In this document: positions 1 through 8,145 of the stretch, one piece after another
Layout of the letters: each line of letters opens with the position of its first letter
Position numbering within the stretch: position 1 is the first letter of the stretch
NCBI GenBank assembly: GCA_002433065.1
Contig: DJHK01000005.1
Span: 723 to 64,722 of the forward strand
Direction of reading: 5' to 3'
DNA length: 64,000 nt
Origin: Chloroflexi bacterium UBA6622
GTDB taxonomy: Bacteria > Chloroflexota > UBA11872
Notes under the pieces: generated by a model
Seen by the model: only the letters and a program-made list of their open reading frames with translations
Told to the model about the DNA's origin: nothing
The model's database searches: none
Made by a program: the position numbers and the translations under genes

Positions 1-2
1 AT

Positions 3-344
3 CGATGTGAGATTTATCCTGTTCGGCCATTTGTCTGTCGCGCGTATGGGCGTGCTCGAATGGGCGGTGGTAACGCTATGATCTGCGAGGTCTTTGCGGG
101 CCGATTTCGACAAGAGGGTCGTAATAGCGACGATATACACCTTGAAGAGATGACGGTACTTTCGCCGAAGTATTTTGAGTTAGGACAATCAAAGGATGGC
201 AGCGCAGGTTTATACACAGTTATGGCTGCTCACGTGCTTCGTAACCGAACCTCTTCAGGAGATTTAGTTAAGCAGCCTCAATCGCTCCTTGCGGAGACGA
301 CGTTTCCTGTTGTAACCCAAGATGATTTTCCGATAGGAAACTAG
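3..344 (+). CDS. YkgJ/UPF0153-like (CxxCxxCC family) putative Fe-S/zinc-binding protein, 3' fragment entering from the left edge
   Basis: The reading frame is open from the window edge. The first residues, 'RCEIYPVRPFVCRAYG', match the C-terminal 'C-x-I/VY-x-x-RP-x-x-CR-x-F/YP' signature I remember for the YkgJ family. The ORF track only starts at the internal ATG at 60. Confidence 0.4.
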   Translation, partial: RCEIYPVRPFVCRAYGRARMGGGNAMICEVFAGRFRQEGRNSDDIHLEEMTVLSPKYFELGQSKDGSAGLYTVMAAHVLRNRTSSGDLVKQPQSLLAETTFPVVTQDDFPIGN

Positions 345-347
345 GAC

Positions 348-1052
348 TCAGAAGCCACGAGATCCGGAACGTCGCTCCACGCCTCGAGAGGCTGCGTAAT
401 CATCAAGGTTGAATCCGGGCTCTAGGTACGCTTGGCGTGTGGCTTCCTCCGCCTCCCAAATCTCTTTCGCAACGGCGGCTACCTTGTCAGCGATTTCTAG
501 CGGGATAGTACATAGGCCGTTTTCGTCGCCATGTACGAGGTCCCCGGGGTTCACGTCCATTCCATCAATGGTCACAGGGACCTGGGCTCGGATAATTCGG
601 TTGTTTGCGTGGGATGGAGATAGACCAAGCGCAAATGGTTTTATGCCGGCTTCTTTTATTCCGGTTAGATCGCGGAGCGCAGAGTCTGTGACGATGCCGT
701 CAGCTCCGAGGACTTTTGCGAAAGTTGCCATTCCGTCACCGGCTTGCACCGAATGTGTGGGATCGTCTCCAAAATCCTTGATTATGAGAGCGACAGGGTT
801 CGGCGATTCATCCACGGCTTCCCACATTTGAAACATGCCGTCAGGGCTTTTGGGAGCCGCCTCACTCATGGTGTCCCCGAGCGCGGTTACTGCGTAGCCC
901 AGCATCACGCCCATGTCAGGAGCGAGGTACCGGATATTCGTTCCGGTAAAGCCGAGGGTGTTGGGGCGAACTTCGAATTTCTCGATCGCATTCAAAATTG
1001 TTGGCGTGTCAATCTCACGTAGTTCGTCAAGTTGGGCTTGGGTTAGGGCCAC
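348..1052 (-). CDS. RraA-family protein / 4-hydroxy-4-methyl-2-oxoglutarate aldolase-like
   Basis: 234 aa. It has the segment 'GDGMATFAKVLGADGIVTDSALRDLTGIKEAG', typical of the RraA/HMG aldolase fold (G..A...GA.G.V.DG..RD). The length fits the family. Confidence 0.6.
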   Translation of the reverse strand: MALTQAQLDELREIDTPTILNAIEKFEVRPNTLGFTGTNIRYLAPDMGVMLGYAVTALGDTMSEAAPKSPDGMFQMWEAVDESPNPVALIIKDFGDDPTHSVQAGDGMATFAKVLGADGIVTDSALRDLTGIKEAGIKPFALGLSPSHANNRIIRAQVPVTIDGMDVNPGDLVHGDENGLCTIPLEIADKVAAVAKEIWEAEEATRQAYLEPGFNLDDYAASRGVERRSGSRGF

Positions 1053-1100
1053 TGTAAGCTCCGAAATAATGTGCGGTGAGGTATGAAGAATAACCGACTG

Positions 1101-1460
1101 TTACGTGTTTCGGTGGTCTCCGATGGTTTCATACACGTCGCAATCGAAGCCAGCTATCCGATTCGTCCCTGCCACGAGCACGGGCCGCTGGATGATGTTT
1201 TGATTCTCCTGCATTAATTCGGTAACCGTTGCATCGTCAAGGACATCGAGGTCAATCTTTAGGGACCGGAATGTTGGACTGCGGACGTTGATCGAATCTT
1301 TCGGTTTTCGAGAGCCGATTAACTCGATTGTTTCATCCAACGTCAGAGGTATGCGCCCATAATCTCTAAGTACATACTGGATGCCACGTTGGTCCAAAGC
1401 CGCACGGGCTTTTCGACAAGATGTTCAGGTGCTCTTGAGATAGAGTTTAAGCTCGGCCAT
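1101..1460 (-). CDS. ArsC/Spx-family thioredoxin-fold protein with in-frame TGA (candidate selenocysteine, UxxC motif)
   Basis: The ATG is at 1460-1458. Translation gives MAELKLYLKST-TGA(1427-1425)[18 protein letters not shown]..., continuing into the track ORF 1101..1397. The TGA aligns with the first Cys of the CxxC motif of Spx/ArsC proteins (remembered B. subtilis Spx: [25 protein letters not shown]). The C-terminal 'QRPVLV' aligns with Spx 'RRPIII'. Confidence 0.7.
1392..1417 (-). promoter_or_regulatory. Candidate bacterial SECIS-like hairpin downstream of the in-frame UGA
   Basis: On the mRNA strand: GUCGAAAAGCC[CGUGC]GGCUUUGGAC. Pairs are GUC/GAC, AAA/UUU and GCC/GGC, with one G.G mismatch and one bulged A. 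The 5-nt apical loop contains GU. The stem starts 8 nt after the UGA, and the apical loop starts about 21 nt after the U of UGA. Confidence 0.4.
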
Positions 1461-1472
1461 TGCTTCTTCCTT

Positions 1473-2480
1473 CTAGGCGCCATCCCACTCGAGGACAATT
1501 GACTGCCAGCCTTGTGGCCCACGAGCGATCATGGCATACATGTCGGTGGCTTGCTGGTAGGGCACGCGGTGGGAGATCAAATGGGCGACATGAAAGTCTT
1601 CCCTGCTTAAGGCGTCGAAAATAAATTGGCGATTGGCCCCTCGTGTCCACTGAAAATGGTGGAATGGGGTTCGGGGATACAACCGCTGGTGTGTTCCGAT
1701 AATCTTGAGTTCTTTTCGAAGCAACTCTTCCTGTAAGCCAATTTCCACCGTGCCCGGAGGGCTCCCAGTGAGTGACACCGTGCCGCCTGCGGCAGCAGCT
1801 CGCAGACAGTCAGGGAGTATTTTGGGTGTGCGGGTCACCATGAAGACGAAGCGGGCGCCACCGCGAGTGATCTCCTCAATTGCCGAAACAGAATCCTCGC
1901 GGTCGGCATTAACGGTGTGCGATGCACCGGAGCGTTCGGCCAATCGTAAGCGCTCATCGAGGAGGTCGACAGCGATTACCGGATAGGCTCCTGCCATTCT
2001 GGAAAACTGAGTGACCATCTGTCCGAGAGAGCCTTGTCCGAACACCGCTACAGAATCTCCGATCGAAGGTCCAGCCCGACGTACACCATGCAAGGCGACA
2101 TCGCCCAAAACGACGAAGGCGGCTTCTTCATCTCCTACATCGTCTGGGATGTGGCCTGCATAGGCTTCGCCTTCGTAGATGTCAGGGTCGATGGTTACGA
2201 GGCCGGAGCCCTGGTGTTTGAGATAGGTAAGTACCCTGTCACCAGCGGTATAGCCCTTCACTGCTTCACCAACCTCGGCTATCTGGCCAACCAGCGAATA
2301 CCCAGGCGCGCGTGTGGCTTGAGTCGTGCTCTCCAGCATGTTGTGCTCGGTCCCTGCGCTGATGAGTGAGCGGGTGGCTTTGACTAATAGCTGGTTGGGT
2401 TCCGGGTCCGGGATTTCAACTGTATCGATCGAGACGGTACTTCCCGCACCAAAGTTTATTTGTGGGGTCGTGGTGGGCAT
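1473..2480 (-). CDS. Zinc-type medium-chain dehydrogenase/reductase (alcohol/polyol dehydrogenase family)
   Basis: 335 aa with an MDR-like layout: N-terminal catalytic domain ('LLVKATRSLISAGTEHNML') and a Rossmann segment 'VAVFGQGSLGQM'. Confidence 0.65.
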   Translation of the reverse strand: MPTTTPQINFGAGSTVSIDTVEIPDPEPNQLLVKATRSLISAGTEHNMLESTTQATRAPGYSLVGQIAEVGEAVKGYTAGDRVLTYLKHQGSGLVTIDPDIYEGEAYAGHIPDDVGDEEAAFVVLGDVALHGVRRAGPSIGDSVAVFGQGSLGQMVTQFSRMAGAYPVIAVDLLDERLRLAERSGASHTVNADREDSVSAIEEITRGGARFVFMVTRTPKILPDCLRAAAAGGTVSLTGSPPGTVEIGLQEELLRKELKIIGTHQRLYPRTPFHHFQWTRGANRQFIFDALSREDFHVAHLISHRVPYQQATDMYAMIARGPQGWQSIVLEWDGA

Positions 2481-2495
2481 TCGCGAGCTCGATTC

Positions 2496-3530
2496 CTAGG
2501 AAGTATTCCCAACTGTACCTGACACGTCTTGCGAGCGCGTTTGGTAGTAACTGCCCACGGCCATGCCAGAGCCCCAGCGATCTGTTAGCTCCGAAGTCGA
2601 ATGAGATTCCCGCAACTTTTTGAACATCTGCCAGTCATCTACAACGTCTTGAGGGCGGCTGGCGCTTCGGACGAGGAAATCAGCTTCGGGCGGATAACAG
2701 GCGGCTGGTGCGTGATCTGGAAGGTGTTTGTTTGTGAAACCGCTGGGGGGCGCATAGTTGGTGGGAAGGTCAGCACTTTGAAAGCGAACATCCATGCTCC
2801 AACGAATCACTTCTGAAGCATTGTCGGTTGACCGATGTGGTGTTCTATTGGTGAGCAGCAAGGCTCCGCCTCGAGGCACCGGTACTGGTATGGCGTCTTC
2901 TCCCATGTTTGGCAGATCAGATCTGTCAATTCGCAGGTAGCCTTTATAGGTGTGGCCATCAGGTCCCTCACCGGCTGTAAGGTGTCTAAATACGTCACTT
3001 CTATGGGCTCTTGGAATTACCTCCAAGCAGCCACGGTCAACTGTGGCATCTACGAAGGGAATCCATACCGTTAGGATTAGGGCTTGATCGCAATAAGGTT
3101 CGAAATAGCCAGAATCTTGGTGCCATGGCACGACCCCGTGCCAGAAGCCTGGGAGTTTCGGTCGAAGGCGATAGACCGAAGAGGCGATGATTTCAGGCCC
3201 GACAAGAGTTTCGGCGATGTCTAAAAGGGCTGGCGTGGTCATGAGTCCGAAGATTCCTGGTGTGGCGAGACGGCCTCCAACTATTGACCAGTAGATCGAC
3301 TCGTCTTCTTCAGTAATACGGGTGAGTCGGGTTTCAAACGGATAGTCAGAAAATGTTTGGGATAGCTGACCACTCTTGACTAGGCGACTTGTCTCACGGT
3401 CGGTGAGTTCCGTGATGTCTTCAGCAAAGGCGTTTAACTCGTTGTTTTCAAACACGTTGTCAACGACGAGATATCCCTCACGATGAAAAGTTTCAAGCTG
3501 GTGATCTGTCAAGCTTGACGATGTGATCAC
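2496..3530 (-). CDS. Phytanoyl-CoA dioxygenase (PhyH) family Fe(II)/2-oxoglutarate dioxygenase
   Basis: 344 aa. N-terminal 'FHREGYLVVDNVF', then 'WHQDSGYF' (HxD iron ligands) and a distal 'RTPHRS'. This is the classical PhyH pattern. Confidence 0.7.
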   Translation of the reverse strand: MITSSSLTDHQLETFHREGYLVVDNVFENNELNAFAEDITELTDRETSRLVKSGQLSQTFSDYPFETRLTRITEEDESIYWSIVGGRLATPGIFGLMTTPALLDIAETLVGPEIIASSVYRLRPKLPGFWHGVVPWHQDSGYFEPYCDQALILTVWIPFVDATVDRGCLEVIPRAHRSDVFRHLTAGEGPDGHTYKGYLRIDRSDLPNMGEDAIPVPVPRGGALLLTNRTPHRSTDNASEVIRWSMDVRFQSADLPTNYAPPSGFTNKHLPDHAPAACYPPEADFLVRSASRPQDVVDDWQMFKKLRESHSTSELTDRWGSGMAVGSYYQTRSQDVSGTVGNTS

Positions 3531-3596
3531 GGGAGCCTCGTCAGATGGTTGTTGGCCTCCGCGTAACAGTACCCCAAATCATGTTTTGACCCAAGA

Positions 3597-4268
3597 TCAC
3601 AGGCTGGTGCTCGGCGGTAATTCGACGTAGTCAATTCCGGGCGTCGACGCCCGTCGTGTTCGAGGATCTGAAGTTGCTGCATGGGCCAAGGTGCCATGTA
3701 TAAACCGGGTCTGACGACCGTCATCGCGATCGCTGCGGATGCCGAGACGTGCTGTGGCAATGATGGGCGGAGGTGCGGCTCGCGCTTCAATGTAAAGACG
3801 TTTTCGGTCAAATGCTTTTCCGGACCATTCCGGCACAGAAAGTCTTAGAGCTCGGCATAGTAGAGCTTGGCCTGAGCAGAGACGTTTGGTTGGTCGTTGA
3901 ATAGTTTTGTCGGGTGAGGGATTGTTTTTATGCATTACAGCGAGGGCTTTGGTTGGGGATATGTCATCAGTGATCGGAATTCCGGCCTTAATCAGGACAG
4001 CAGCCGGACCGCTGTCGCAGCTGATATTGAGTGAGGCTCCGCCACGAGAGTGGTACATGTAGATCGTGCCAGGATTCATCCACATTGGTTCCCGGCTGGG
4101 CGTTCGGCCAAGAAATGCGTGGCTGGCTGGGTCATTGAGCCCGTATGCCTCGGTCTCTACGATGAGAACGCCAAGCCACACGTCGTCCAGTTTTCTTCGA
4201 ATAACGCACCCCAATAGCGCTGGGGCTACTATTTCTGCTGACCGACTAAAGAATGTTGGCCCGAGCAT
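3597..4268 (-). CDS. mpg: DNA-3-methyladenine glycosylase (Mpg/AAG family)
   Basis: 223 aa. 'VAPALLGCVI...IVETEAYGLNDPASHAF.GRTPSREPMWMNPGTIYMYHSRG' matches the Mpg family signature (ETEAY...D.ASH...G.T.RN..MF...G..YVY..YG). Confidence 0.85.
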   Translation of the reverse strand: MLGPTFFSRSAEIVAPALLGCVIRRKLDDVWLGVLIVETEAYGLNDPASHAFLGRTPSREPMWMNPGTIYMYHSRGGASLNISCDSGPAAVLIKAGIPITDDISPTKALAVMHKNNPSPDKTIQRPTKRLCSGQALLCRALRLSVPEWSGKAFDRKRLYIEARAAPPPIIATARLGIRSDRDDGRQTRFIHGTLAHAATSDPRTRRASTPGIDYVELPPSTSL

Positions 4269-4279
4269 CGGGTTTGACG

Positions 4280-4732
4280 CTACCAGTCGGTCCGCCCGCC
4301 TTGCGGGACTTCACGGCCTTCATCGAGATCAAGTCGGTCAAAATGTCGCCGGATGTCGTCCCTGTGGCCATGACCGCAATCTTCAAGGAATCCCCTGAAG
4401 CTTGGCCAGTCCCATGTTGATCCGGCTTTCGGCTCATCGGTAGCCTGAAGCTTGTTGTGGGCGTCAATCTCGTCAGACGATCGTGGCGTCATGCGTTGTT
4501 TGATCCAAGCCCAGACCGCTTGGTCTGTCTTGTGTATGCGTATGGCCTCGATAAATTCGTCCTGCTCTATGCCAAGGAAGTCGAGAAGGCGTTCTGTTCG
4601 CCCAATTCGCCACACGTAGTCACCGAGTGTTCCGGCAAGTTCGGCTCGCGCCTTGTCGATTGACCGTGGCAGGAAATTAATTGAGCCAAGTTTTTCGTAA
4701 GGGCTTCGGGGGACGTCCTTGGTCAGGTCCAT
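4280..4732 (-). CDS. DUF5069-like hypothetical protein
   Basis: 150 aa counted from the ATG at 4732 ('MDLTKDVPRSPYEKLGSINFLPRSIDKARAEL...'). The longer track ORF (to 4876) reads through the tRNA-Ala gene and is discounted. The family assignment is from memory of the 'PRS.....G...L.R..DK.R' N-terminus. Confidence 0.45.
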   Translation of the reverse strand: MDLTKDVPRSPYEKLGSINFLPRSIDKARAELAGTLGDYVWRIGRTERLLDFLGIEQDEFIEAIRIHKTDQAVWAWIKQRMTPRSSDEIDAHNKLQATDEPKAGSTWDWPSFRGFLEDCGHGHRDDIRRHFDRLDLDEGREVPQGGRTDW

Positions 4733-4835
4733 TGCACATCTCGGCGAAAGGATGCAGCAAGACCGTAGCATGTTGCCTCCCCCATCCGGTGTGATGATGG
4801 CGGTAACAAGAGGTTCGGTCAGTATCGGCTGTGGG

Positions 4836-4908
4836 TGGAGACGGGGGGACTCGAACCCCCAACCCCCGCCTTGCAAAGGCGATGCTCTACCAATTGAGCC
4901 ACGTCCCC
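4836..4908 (-). tRNA. tRNA-Ala (anticodon UGC)
   Basis: Folded by hand: GGGGACG UG GCUC AAUUGGUA GAGC A UCGCC UUUGCAA GGCGG GGGUU GGGGG UUCGAGU CCCCC CGUCUCC A. It has a 7-bp acceptor stem with the G3:U70 Ala identity pair, an A73 discriminator and a T-loop UUCGAGU. CCA is not fully encoded (ACCC). Confidence 0.9.
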
Positions 4909-5115
4909 AGTCTCAGTAATTCTATGGTGGAACACTTCTTTAACGCGAAAGTTTGAAGTGGTTATGATGAGGAGGTTATCGATGCCGAGCTTTCACGGCG
5001 TAGGACTCCCCTGCTGGGGTGTATAGCGGCTGCTCGGGCGTTTTCTGCGGAGACTTCTTTGATAACCGTAGAATGAGTGAATAGGCATTTCGGTTTCAAT
5101 AGCGCAATGCCTAAA

Positions 5116-5192
5116 GGGCTCTTAGCTCAGTCGGTTAGAGCGCGCCTCTGATAAGGGCGAGGTCCGTGGTTCAAATCCACGAGGGCCCACCA
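5116..5192 (+). tRNA. tRNA-Ile (anticodon GAU)
   Basis: Folded by hand: GGGCUCU UA GCUC AGUCGGUUA GAGC G CGCCU CUGAUAA GGGCG AGGUC CGUGG UUCAAAU CCACG AGGGCCC A CCA. The cloverleaf is canonical and the CCA is encoded. Confidence 0.92.
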
Positions 5193-5248
5193 TGAACTAG
5201 GTTTTCGTGTAGTGGAGACGGCGGGGGATCTCTAGCCTAGAATCGGTA

Positions 5249-7474
5249 GTGACCAACGAAAACGATCGTCTCGCACCGAATTCTCCGGGCCTACTGAATG
5301 CAAGTGGGTTGAACGCGCAGCAACATGCTGCGGTAAATCATATGGTCGGACCGCTTCTTGTGTTTGCCGGGGCGGGGTCTGGCAAGACCCGTGTTATTAC
5401 CTATCGGATCGCTCACCTCATTAATTCGGGGGTGGCTCCATGGAACATTCTGGCGGTGACGTTCACCAACAAGGCTGCCAATGAAATGCGTGAGCGCATT
5501 GTTGAGTTGGTTGGTGAGGCTGCCGCGGGTGTCAACGTTGGAACCTTTCATGGTCAGGCGCTTCGTATCCTGCGGCGCGACATCCATCGCCTCGGACGTG
5601 AATCTGACTTCACGATTTATGACGGTGACGATCAACTACGTCTCGTTAAGCAAGCCATGACTGATGTGGGCATTGGGTTGACGACGATTAACCCGTTAGC
5701 GGTTCGCAATGAGATCTCAAGGGCAAAGGATGAGTTGGCGACTCCGTACGAGTATGCCGAGCGTTCTGAGGGCTATTTTCAGGAGACTGCAGCTCAGATC
5801 TACCATCGGTACCAGCGCCTTCTCACGAATGCGAACGGTGTGGACTTCGGAGATATGGTCGCGTTTTGCGTCCGTCTTTTTCGGGAGGTTTCGGAGGTTC
5901 GGGTGTATCACCAGGACCGTTTTCGCTTCATTCTTGTTGACGAGTACCAAGACACGAATCGGGCTCAGTACATGTTTGTTCGGGAGCTTGCGGCAGCCCA
6001 CGGCAATCTTTGTGTTGTGGGTGACGACGACCAAAGCATCTACTCGTGGCGTGGTGCGGATGTCAGAAACATTCTCGATTTTGAGGCACAGTTCCCGTCC
6101 TCGACTGTTGTGCGTTTGGAGCGCAACTATCGGTCCACTGGAAACATTCTTTCTTCAGCGAACGCGATCATTGGCAAGGTGTCGAGTCGGGCCGAGAAGG
6201 TTTTATGGACTGATCGTGAAGATGGTGAACCCGTGGTCATCATGGAGGCCTTTGATGAAGAGGATGAGGCCCGTCATATAGCTAACGTTGTCCGTGAGTT
6301 CGACGGGAATGATTCGACGAAGAAGGACCTTGCGATTATTTATAGAACCAACGCTCAGTCCCGACCTTTTGAAGAACTGTTCGTACGGCAAGGCATCCCG
6401 TATCAACTTGTTGGAGCTACGGAGTTTTATAGGCGACGTGAGGTGCGTGATGTATTGGCTTACTTGCGGGCGGTAGCCAACCCTCGTGATTTGGTGAGTT
6501 TCGAACGGATCGTCTCCGTGCCGAGACGAGGTATTGGGTCGAAGACGCTTCGGACGCTCCGAGAGTGGGGGGAACGGAACGGGCATGCATCTGGTGAACT
6601 TGTTCGGTTGATGGCAGTTGAAGAATCAGGGATAGCTGGGCTTGAGAGTCCCTTTAACACTCGGGCAACGACTGCCCTTGCAGAGTTGGGGCGCATGCTT
6701 CGTCGCTTGGACGAACTGGCTGATGAATTGCCAGTTGGCCCTCTGGTGAATGCGATCGTTCAGGAATCGGGGTACGACGAGGTCCTCGATGGTGATCCCG
6801 ATCGGTCTGAGGACCGATGGGAGAATGTTGTGGAATTACAGGCTGCGGCCTCCAAATACGATGACTTGGGGCCACGTGAAAGTCTCATGCGGTACCTAAG
6901 TGAAGCAGCGCTGGTGGCGGATGTGGACAATCTCACGGTAGACGAGGACGCGATCACGTTACTGACCGCGCATTCGGCGAAGGGGCTTGAATTCGACGTG
7001 GTGTGTATGGTGGGTATGGAGGAGGAGATGTTCCCGCACGTTCGTAGTTATGACGATCCAGCACAAATGGATGAAGAACGTCGGCTTGCATATGTGGCTC
7101 TCACTCGAGCGAAAGAACAGTTGTTTGTTACCTATACGAGGCATCGGTCTGGCTGGGGAGCGCCGGTAAGATTCCCCTCTCGATTCTTACAGGATATTCC
7201 CGCCGAACTGCAGCATTACCGGTCCCGTATTGATTCGGGGGCGGGACGTTTGCGGAGTGGCATAAGTGGTAGTGACGTTGAGCCGGACAGTCCGCAACCC
7301 CCGAGTGAACGAACTTACCAGGATGGTCAGCGTGTCCGTCATGCGGTGTTCGGTGAAGGGCTAATTGTGGCGGGGCAAATCACTAAATTTGACGAGGAAG
7401 TTACGGTTATGTTCGAAGATGTTGGTTTAAAGAAACTCGCTGTAAGCTTTGCCAATCTTGAAGTGGTTACCTGA
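5249..7474 (+). CDS. pcrA: ATP-dependent DNA helicase, UvrD/PcrA family (SF1)
   Basis: 741 aa. Walker A 'AGAGSGKT', 'TFTNKAANEM', motif II 'VDEYQDTN', 'GDDDQSIYSWRGA', 'LERNYRS', 'TAHSAKGLEF' and 'VALTRAKEQL'. GTG start. Confidence 0.9.
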   Translation: MTNENDRLAPNSPGLLNASGLNAQQHAAVNHMVGPLLVFAGAGSGKTRVITYRIAHLINSGVAPWNILAVTFTNKAANEMRERIVELVGEAAAGVNVGTFHGQALRILRRDIHRLGRESDFTIYDGDDQLRLVKQAMTDVGIGLTTINPLAVRNEISRAKDELATPYEYAERSEGYFQETAAQIYHRYQRLLTNANGVDFGDMVAFCVRLFREVSEVRVYHQDRFRFILVDEYQDTNRAQYMFVRELAAAHGNLCVVGDDDQSIYSWRGADVRNILDFEAQFPSSTVVRLERNYRSTGNILSSANAIIGKVSSRAEKVLWTDREDGEPVVIMEAFDEEDEARHIANVVREFDGNDSTKKDLAIIYRTNAQSRPFEELFVRQGIPYQLVGATEFYRRREVRDVLAYLRAVANPRDLVSFERIVSVPRRGIGSKTLRTLREWGERNGHASGELVRLMAVEESGIAGLESPFNTRATTALAELGRMLRRLDELADELPVGPLVNAIVQESGYDEVLDGDPDRSEDRWENVVELQAAASKYDDLGPRESLMRYLSEAALVADVDNLTVDEDAITLLTAHSAKGLEFDVVCMVGMEEEMFPHVRSYDDPAQMDEERRLAYVALTRAKEQLFVTYTRHRSGWGAPVRFPSRFLQDIPAELQHYRSRIDSGAGRLRSGISGSDVEPDSPQPPSERTYQDGQRVRHAVFGEGLIVAGQITKFDEEVTVMFEDVGLKKLAVSFANLEVVT

Positions 7475-7482
7475 TTCTCCCT

Positions 7483-8139
7483 ATGTTTACCTGGTCATTC
7501 ATGTTCGACTTTGACGGTACGATTTCACCGGCCGACATGGGGCATGTGATCTTTAACGCGTTTGCTGATCAATCATGGCGTGATATTGACGAAGAGTGGA
7601 TTCAAGGACACATTCCTACGAGTGAACGAGCTCGTCGGCAGTTCGAATTGGTTCAGGTTGGGGAGCACGAGTTTCTAGCCTTAATCGATCAGCATAAAGT
7701 GGACCCAGACTTTTTCGCTCTTGTCGCGTTCCTCCGTGAGAATGGAATCGAGGTTCAGGTGGTCAGCGATGGATTTGATGTTTACGTAGGTCGAATGCTT
7801 AATGCCGCGGGTCTTGGTGACTTGCCATTTACGTCAAACGTGTTGCGATTTAGAGGAGACGAGATTGTGCTCGAATTTCCGCACGAACGTGCCGGACATG
7901 ATCCTCGTGGAGGCTGGAAGGGTGAGGCTGTTAGAAATGTACAGGCAACGGGATGCAAGGTGGCGTATGTCGGTGATGGTATGAGTGATCTTTCGGCAGC
8001 CAGGGCCGCTGACTTGCTCTTTGCGTGTGGCCGCTTGGCGCAATGTTGTGAACAGGAAGGTCTTCCCCACCATGTGTTTGCTGGTATGCGGGATGTTCAC
8101 GACTGGCTGCAAGTGAATACTGTTGCTACATCGAGGTAA
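7483..8139 (+). CDS. HAD-IB family phosphatase, MtnX-like (phosphoserine phosphatase-like subfamily)
   Basis: 218 aa. HAD motif I 'FDFDGTIS', 'VVSDG' and motif IV 'YVGDGMSDLSAA'. The overall order resembles remembered B. subtilis MtnX. Confidence 0.6.
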   Translation: MFTWSFMFDFDGTISPADMGHVIFNAFADQSWRDIDEEWIQGHIPTSERARRQFELVQVGEHEFLALIDQHKVDPDFFALVAFLRENGIEVQVVSDGFDVYVGRMLNAAGLGDLPFTSNVLRFRGDEIVLEFPHERAGHDPRGGWKGEAVRNVQATGCKVAYVGDGMSDLSAARAADLLFACGRLAQCCEQEGLPHHVFAGMRDVHDWLQVNTVATSR

Positions 8140-8145
8140 CACGCG

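Noticed and set aside
1101-1397. TTG-1397 start for the ArsC/Spx-like gene, as given by the ORF track (98 aa).
   Set aside because: It would delete the CxxC redox motif that defines the family. The upstream in-frame codons, including the residues flanking the TGA, match the family, so the longer 1101..1460 model with recoding (or a recent nonsense mutation) explains the sequence better.
4733-4876. The track ORF 4280..4876 (-) extends the DUF5069-like protein by 48 codons.
   Set aside because: The extension is the reverse complement of the tRNA-Ala gene ('GGWGFESPRLHPQP' is tRNA sequence translated). The internal ATG at 4732 gives a family-typical N-terminus.
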